DNA of 57,717 nucleotides, the filler included, from Bipalium vagum (lineage: Eukaryota): assembly GCA_037834085.1 (NCBI GenBank). It is 3 parts of 3 records of this genome, joined end to end, with 100 filler letters (N's around TTAATTAATTAA, not from the genome) between each part and the next. Parts side by side here need not be neighbours in the genome. Positions count along the whole stretch, not along the records: positions 38,704 to 57,717 come from JBBMKC010013382.1; 2 more parts are not named here. One strand, 5' to 3'. Below, piece after piece: positions 51,313 through 57,717 of the stretch. The position numbers were made by a program, and so were the translations under genes. Numbering within the stretch: position 1 is the stretch's first letter; every line of letters starts with the position of its first letter. The notes beneath the pieces were generated by a model that saw only the letters and a program-made list of their open reading frames with translations, ran no database searches and was not told where the DNA came from.

Positions 51313-51830
51313 ATGGTTAAATTTATCACGAAAGAAAATAGAATGACAATTGTAGCACTTTGTCATGCTCACAAAACCTGGCGTGAAGTTATTGAAATAA
51401 TAAAAAAAAAATTATTTGAGATGTGTCTAAAAGAAATTGTCAAAAATTTGTTAAGAACTTTAATGATCGAGGAACCGTAGAAGATAAGCCAAGAGTTAAC
51501 AAAACAAACAAATTATCTTCTGGAGATAAACGAGGATATCGCTCCGGAGCCGGTTTTCCAGTTTAGGCTCCATTTCTCATCAATTTTATAAGCAAACCGG
51601 AAAAACAATTGGTAAAGTTTGAGTAAAAAAAATTTTAGGCAATTTTCTTTTAAACGATATATTGTGTTACAAAAACCTTTACTAAATTTTGGACGAAATT
51701 GCATATTTGGCATTCGGTCAGAGTTGAATGAGATTCTATTTTTATTATCCGATGAAAATTTATTTAAAATGCATTCAAATCAAAGAAACCAATATATAAC
51801 ACGTAGAATTGATACTATAATAATATAATA
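51313..51830 (+). mobile_element. Tc1-like 5' remnant
   Basis: MVKFITKENRMTIVALCHAHKTWREV..VKNFNDRGTVEDKPR..K, later FLLSDENLFKMHSNQRNQYITRR (FSDE region). Confidence 0.7.
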
Positions 51831-52859
51831 ATTTTTTTAAATGATATTTGAAAAAACGACAGTTTATTTCTGATATAAATAATTATCATTTATAATATCA
51901 ATAACGTAAAAACAAATCTAACCCCAAAAATGTTTCCGTGAACTAGTTTTTGATTTTCTGAATTAAAATAAGTATTATGTGCATGAATAATGTGAAAAAT
52001 GATTAATTTTTAAAAAAATCAATATAGATAAAAAAAATATTGAAAAAAATTTTAACTTAATAAAAAACCTTTTTTTATCACTTAACCCTCAGAGTTTGAG
52101 CCAGATAAACAACTGAACACAAAAAAGGAATTAATTATCATGAGGATTTATGTGCACGTAATTTAGGAGAAGATTAACTATTTAAAATATTAAAATTAAT
52201 ATTTAAAGTAAAGCAAATCAACAAGTAATCGAATTAAGCATTGAATCGATAAAAAATAAAATCACTGAATCGAATTAACAATTAAAACATCAATGTATCA
52301 CTTAAATAAATAAAAGTTTATTTAAAAATTAATTCCGTAGTGTCAATTTGAGACATTTATTGATTGATCGTAGTTGAATTGTGATTATCGAATTAATAAA
52401 GATTTATGCTTACAAATTTGTTTATATTATTGTGTAAATATTATTATTATACCGAACTCAACTTTAAGACATTTGAATCAGAAATATTAACATTATTATA
52501 ATATTTTAATATTATTTTGAAATATTTTCAGATATAAGCATGAGAAAGTTATAAACATAATCATTTTACGAAAATGTAAAATTCTAATGTTATAAAGATA
52601 ATAAAATAATAATAAAATAATAATTTAATAATAAATAAATAATCATTTTAAATAATCATTAAATAATAATAAATAATCATTTTCAATTAATTAAGTTAAT
52701 ACTGAGAAATATGATAAAAGGAGATAAGTAATCGATTATTATCTCTGATGTTGATGGAAACAATAATATCTGATTTTTTTTAATTAAAATTCGTAATAAG
52801 GTAAAATTGAAAGCATCAGTTTATCAATAGCTTAAGGAAATCAAATATCGATGAATTTA

Positions 52860-53310
52860 TTTGTGCTACCAATGAGATCTATAAAACAACTTTGCAAAGA
52901 AGATTGAAATGTCTGACAGAATTATTCTAAATGATCGTTCAATAACTGCCTAATGCAATCCTCTTGAATAACTTTTGTACTTTACATTTTATTAAGCATG
53001 AGTACTTAAGATTTAGATAGCTTAGAATTTAAAAGATTATATTGGTCAATGCTTTTGAAACCACTTATATCTATTGTTTCTATATTTTTTGTAATTTCCA
53101 GAATGTTTTGGATGTCATTGTACAAAATAATGTTCCATCTATAGTTATGAACGAAAGAGAACCCTTCAGATGTGAAAGTGAACACAAGTATTGCACGAAG
53201 AATGATATTGATAAACATTTTTTGTTATAAAAAATATAATGCAAATAATCATATAGTTTTGAAGTGATAAACATTTCCTCATTTAAAATTTCATGTGATG
53301 CAATTTTTCT
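52860..53310 (-). mobile_element. Possible hAT C-terminal remnant
   Basis: AVIERSFRIILSD resembles the hAT dimerisation-domain xERSFSxxxxILSDxR motif; upstream frames are open but not clearly assignable. Confidence 0.35.
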
Positions 53311-53477
53311 ATTAGAAGAAAATCCTTTTTTAAGAAATTCAATATATATCTAATTTAATATGTCCATTTATTACATTTATGAGCCTGGACAGATCAAAAA
53401 AGTCTGAAGACGCGGGCGTTTCAAAATTTGTGCTTATTAATTTCTATGCAGAAATAAGGAAAAAATGAGATTTTTTT

Positions 53478-53700
53478 CTTGAAAATTATGTTCATCGAAC
53501 TGTCAACCACAAAATGAATTTTGTTGACAGGGAGACTGGTGCTCACGCGCAGATATTTGAATCGATTTGGGGGAAACTGAAGATTAAGATCGTTTCAATG
53601 AAGGACGTCTATGATGATCTCTTTGAATTATATCTAAATAAATGAACATAGCGCCAAAATATTCAATGAAGAAACTGCGAATCAATTTTTAAAAAATAAA
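53478..53700 (+). mobile_element. Merlin transposase C-terminal remnant
   Basis: ENYVHRTVNHKMNFVDRETGAHAQIFESIWGKLKIK..LYLNK. Confidence 0.85.
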
Positions 53701-53901
53701 TTTGTAGATAGAAAATTATTTGATTTGGCATTTTTTGTGCTTTTAAATATTTTTTGACCATTATCTTTAGAAATCAAAGATTCCAAAATTTTCCAAATGT
53801 GGTATATATCTCTGTATATTTTTAAATAATAAAATCTCTTAGATTTTTCAGTGTTTCTCAACTCTTGATATGTTTTCGGATTACATTTTCAGATTAATGA
53901 A

Positions 53902-54420
53902 CACGGTGTTCGATAAGTCTTTTCATAATTTAGTTTTATTATTACTTACATAATAAAAATATTTAAAATAAATGGTTCGTGTCTAATAGTAATTTGAATA
54001 TCGAAGTTTTACTTAGTCTAATTAAAAAAATTGATTTTTTGTTTTAATATTGATAAATGCGTTTTAATAAATTTCAAAATGTCGACCGCAGAAGAATTTT
54101 TGTGTTTGGAATATCACCCCACAAAAAAGTAGTGTAATTCTGTTTTTTTTATGATCTAAGTAGGATCTTTGATCCAACAGCGTAATAAGAGTAAAGTTAA
54201 AACGAAGACCACATCCTCCATGATATTTTAAAATAATTAATGAAATGATAATGGAAACTAATAAACTTGAAGCTTGAACAATATAACAGAAATTATTGAT
54301 GTATTATTTCAAGGCAGTTATGCTAGAAATTATTATAATTATATAATTGAGAAATTGAGAAGCATGAGACAATTTGTCCGACTTAGCATCCACGAAAAAG
54401 ACCATTTGTGATAGTTTTAT
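53902..54420 (+). mobile_element. Possible rosa/DD41D remnant
   Basis: TIR-like CACGGTGTTCGATAAGT and an N-terminus MSTAEEFLCLEY resembling rosa-family starts; heavily deleted. Confidence 0.35.
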
Positions 54421-54942
54421 TGATAATAAATAAAATATCAATTTTGATAAAATTACGTTTATAAAACTTATTAGATGCTTTTAGATAATCAATTATTGAT
54501 GTTTATGCACAATTTTGTGAAAAGAGAATTTTAGTAGCTTCGAAATATTTCTAATATTAATATATTTTCCCTTTTTAATATTATTAAAACAATGAGCAAT
54601 TTATCTTTAAAATAATAATGATAATAAAAAATAATAATAATGTAAGTAATAAAATTTTAAGTTATAATTATTGCTTATAATACTAAGTACTTTTAAATAT
54701 TCATTTTATTAATAATATAAATAACGAATAAAGAAAGAACATAATGTAATAATTTCTCATTTAATGAATCTATTTCATCAATTCATTAAAAGACCTAAGA
54801 TTCACTAAAAAGTATAATTGGAAATCTCATTATCAATTAACCGTTCAATTGAAAAAGGAGAAAAAATATAATTTTAATATTCATTTAGATATTTGTTAGT
54901 TATGAAAAAGAATAATATTATTAACCATATTAAATCACTAAC

Positions 54943-55403
54943 TGGTTATATCGTTCTTGACAGGAATATCACCGTCAACTGAAGATGTCGTTCCGAATGA
55001 CTGAAATATTTTCTTCGAAAAAGCTGAGGTAAAAATCTTTGCGAAAACGGTAGATGTTACAGCTTTTAAAGTTGAAATTGTTGTTGTGGTTGCCAGATAC
55101 ATAGTTGATGTGGACATCATGGTAGAAGATTTTAACGGTGTTGTTGGTTTTAATGTCGTCGTATAGGTCACGGGCTTTGTAAACTTTACAGGAGTTGTAG
55201 GATTCACAGGTTTTTTTCTCTTAGTTAAAGGTTGTCGACAGGATTTTTTGTAATTGCCATCATATCTGCAGTAGCACTCCAAATATTTGCTGGTGAAATT
55301 GCACACATGAGAGCAGCTTAATGCTGAGCAGTTATCTATAATAGGTTGTGCACAGTACAGCCCCGTCCACCCAGAATGGCAATGGCATAGATAGTTATTA
55401 TTC
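54943..55403 (-). CDS. EGF-like repeats plus Thr/Pro-rich (mucin-like) stalk exon
   Basis: TTTTTATCAAG acceptor; NNNYLCHCHSGWTGLYCAQPIIDNCSALSCSHVCNFTSKYLECYCRYDGNYKKSC, then a T/P/K-rich run. GTTAGT donor after 54943, or read-through to TAG at 54938-54940. Confidence 0.85.
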
Positions 55404-55799
55404 CTTGATAAAAATTCAAATTCAAAATGGAAATAAAAAAAGTTATGTCATTAAACTGATAATTCATTCTGACCTATTAAATACTTTTCGATAATCACTT
55501 TTTGTGAATAAATGAAAATATATAAACCACTGTCTAAAATGGAGGAAAGAAATCAGACATTTCTCTCAGTTCTTACATTCCTAATTAGAAGTATAAACAA
55601 AAATTAAATATTACAAATAGTTATAATGTTGCCTTTAAAATATACATATTTTCTGTTAAAACACACCACTTATTATTTTAACCCATTTCATTTCATAAGC
55701 CCCATTTTGGGATGTCCCTTTAGAGGGAAATGTACACTTTATTTGAAAGTTTTACGAAAAATAAATCAATTTAAATAGCTGCACAGACATTACCGTAGA

Positions 55800-57100
55800 T
55801 ACTCGAAGTCGAGGTTTTTTTCTGTAAAATTTGATGAAACAAATGGGGTAGACTTATATAAGAGTCATAGCAGTTTTAACCAATGTAATGGCTGTATTTA
55901 TGCAATGTATGCATAATTAAATACTGGTTATCATGTATGTTTTTATACTCCAGCCACTTGATGTCAGCATCAACCGACCATTCAAGTGTCATGTACGAGA
56001 CCAATGGACATCGTTGATGTCCAGTGGACAAGCGCAGACCACCAAAACTGGAAACCTGAAATGACCAGACCTCTTGGTAGTCACTGGGTGGACCAAAACA
56101 GCCTGGGAGATGATATACGGGGCTATCTAAGACAAAATATAACTCAGCATCGAAAAAATTTTGGTGTCTGAGAGTGAAACAATCCATTCAGTATTTTAGA
56201 AAATCTTTTAGCTACTTTATTTTATTTTAAATTGGAAAAGGATATGGTTACCCTTCGAATTTCTTCTGAAAGCAGAGGTACTTCTATAAGCACCTTTAAA
56301 GAACGAAGTGCTTTGTCTCATCCTCTCCATCTTTATATTCAAAGTTCTTACAGTTTGAAGTGGTACAACAGCAAGTGGAGTAATCATATTGCTGATACTG
56401 TTAAACTGTGCACTCCTGTAAATAAAATGATCTTTAACGGTGGTTTGAGTGACTATGGCTTCAAATTTATTCATAAAGCTCGCTCGAACTCGCTTCCTAC
56501 CAATGCAAGACCGTGGAATAAGTGTAAAGATCCTCGTGTCTGCAGACGCTGTCACTTTTCTGAGGAATTGATGACGCATGTATTGCAAAATTGTTTTCCG
56601 AACATGTAATTGTGCACAGAGCGTCACAATGCTTGTTTAAAGAAAATTGCTGATGTACTTTATAGTCCAGGCATTATTGTGGTCATGAACAACAAATGTG
56701 AGCTCTTGATAGATTGCAACGAGCGTGTTGATTTTTTGATACAATTCTGAGACAAACCCAATTATTACAGGCATGTGAATATGACGACGAAGAAGGATTT
56801 AACAAGGGGATCAAGGGAGCTTGGGAACCCCTAGGAGATCTGAGAAGGACCTAGAGGGCGACCCTGGATCCCTTGTCAGTCTTGTTGAGACCGTGTTTTT
56901 TTACTCTGGACTCCTTTTTCTTGTGATCATCTCTTGCTTCTCCTTTATTAGAACAGTAATAATATTTATTTTGTTTTATTTTATCATTATTTTTGATGAC
57001 ATTTTTATTTATTGGACACATTAATTATAGGGTGATTTATAAAAGTGGTATGTCGTTGTGATTATTATTTTCCTGTGTGATTGTGCTTTATTTAAATAAA
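55800..57100 (+). mobile_element. 3' fragment of RLE-type non-LTR retrotransposon (NeSL/Utopia/R2-like), intronic and antisense to the EGF gene
   Basis: FKFIHKARSNSLPTN, CCHC knuckle CRRCHFSEELMTHVLQNC, RHN motif, degenerate RVDFLI at the PD-(D/E)xK position. GC-rich hairpin and AATAAA in the putative 3' UTR. Confidence 0.85.
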
Positions 57101-57364
57101 GTTTTATTGTAGAAGTTTTGATTCAGTTCTTAGAGAGCGGATACAGTGTTATCGTGGGTGTTACTCCTTACTACGTCGAAGTATAATAGTAATATTTTTA
57201 TAAAACTTATCTTTTCAGAATGATTCCTTAAGTATAACATTCTAAGGATGAATCACAGAACACTTTTTTTACTTTTCTTTTAACCACAATCTCAAAAAAT
57301 TATTATCAGTGTTAATACTTTCAATGAATTAATTAATAACATGAACATTATGAAACTGAGATAC

Positions 57365-57490
57365 CTATTTTTGTCCGGTAAGCATTCCCCGACCACACAG
57401 TTTGTCGTACAAGTTATTTTTTCGCTTGTGTCCTCGCATTTTGGTCCAAAAAAGTTTTTACTGCATTTTAAGGATATACTGGCCTGTAAC
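57365..57490 (-). CDS. Cys-rich exon of the EGF-repeat protein
   Basis: CTTTTTAAAG / GTATCT boundaries; LQASISLKCSKNFFGPKCEDTSEKITCTTNCVVGECLPDKN(R). Phase 2 joins 55403 to complete a six-Cys EGF module. Confidence 0.85.
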
Positions 57491-57697
57491 CTTTAAAAAG
57501 TCGAATCTTTCATCAATTCTTTATAATTGTATTTTATTTTATAATTAAATAAATATTAATTAAAAAAATGAATATGACATTATACGTGGTGCGCCCAATA
57601 AGTAGTGAGAGTAGCATAGAAAGAGTTGCACGAATATTAAAATTTTTATTTAACATAACAAGCACATTACAGAGGTTTTATTTTTCTATATAGTTAC

Positions 57698-57717
57698 CAT
57701 GTACATTGACACATTTC
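57698..57717 (-). CDS. Candidate next-upstream exon end of the EGF gene (window edge)
   Basis: EMCQCT(W)|GTAACT; phase 2 matches exon 57490; only 20 nt visible. Confidence 0.4.

Noticed and set aside
53006-53218. Minus ORF starting with a signal-peptide-like stretch
   Set aside because: Lies next to a hAT-like ERSF motif and has no usable splice context; more likely transposon debris.
57582-57603. Lone mariner-like terminus TACGTGGTGCGCCCAATAAGT
   Set aside because: No partner TIR or coding remnant visible in this short intron.
1-57717. Prokaryotic systems (CRISPR, operons, rRNA/tRNA genes)
   Set aside because: No repeat-spacer array, operon structure or recognisable rRNA/tRNA; spliceosomal introns and eukaryotic transposons throughout.

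Overview
AT-rich eukaryotic (animal) genomic scaffold with four N gaps; the gene and transposon content suggests a flatworm, possibly a planarian, but this is inference only. Three host genes can be reconstructed by hand from splice sites and reading-frame phases. (1) The 3' part of a + strand multi-exon gene for a divergent AIP3/Bud6-domain coiled-coil protein, SRCIN1/KIAA1217-like (exons 8460-8655, 10181-10256, 13249-13332, 13403-13547, 17326-18384, plus candidate upstream exons and a microexon). (2) A single-ORF rhodopsin-class peptide GPCR, FMRFamide-receptor-like (35563-36858). (3) A - strand gene for an EGF-repeat / Thr-rich stalk / transmembrane / Tyr-rich tail protein running off the right edge; the link between its stalk and TM exons is unresolved. 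The rest is a dense graveyard of decayed transposons: about 13 mariner remnants (one full-length with near-perfect TIRs), plus rosa/DD41D, Tc1, IS630-like, pogo/Tigger, Merlin, hAT, a piggyBac end and an RLE-type non-LTR retrotransposon fragment. The most unusual non-coding signal is a small family of minimal type-I hammerhead-ribozyme motifs (CTGATGA-N-GAACT...AGTTC-GAAACATGTTTC) tied to Penelope-like remnants, two copies of which form the arms of a ~300-bp fold-back. Boundaries of decayed elements are approximate, and all family calls come from motif recognition by eye, not database searches.
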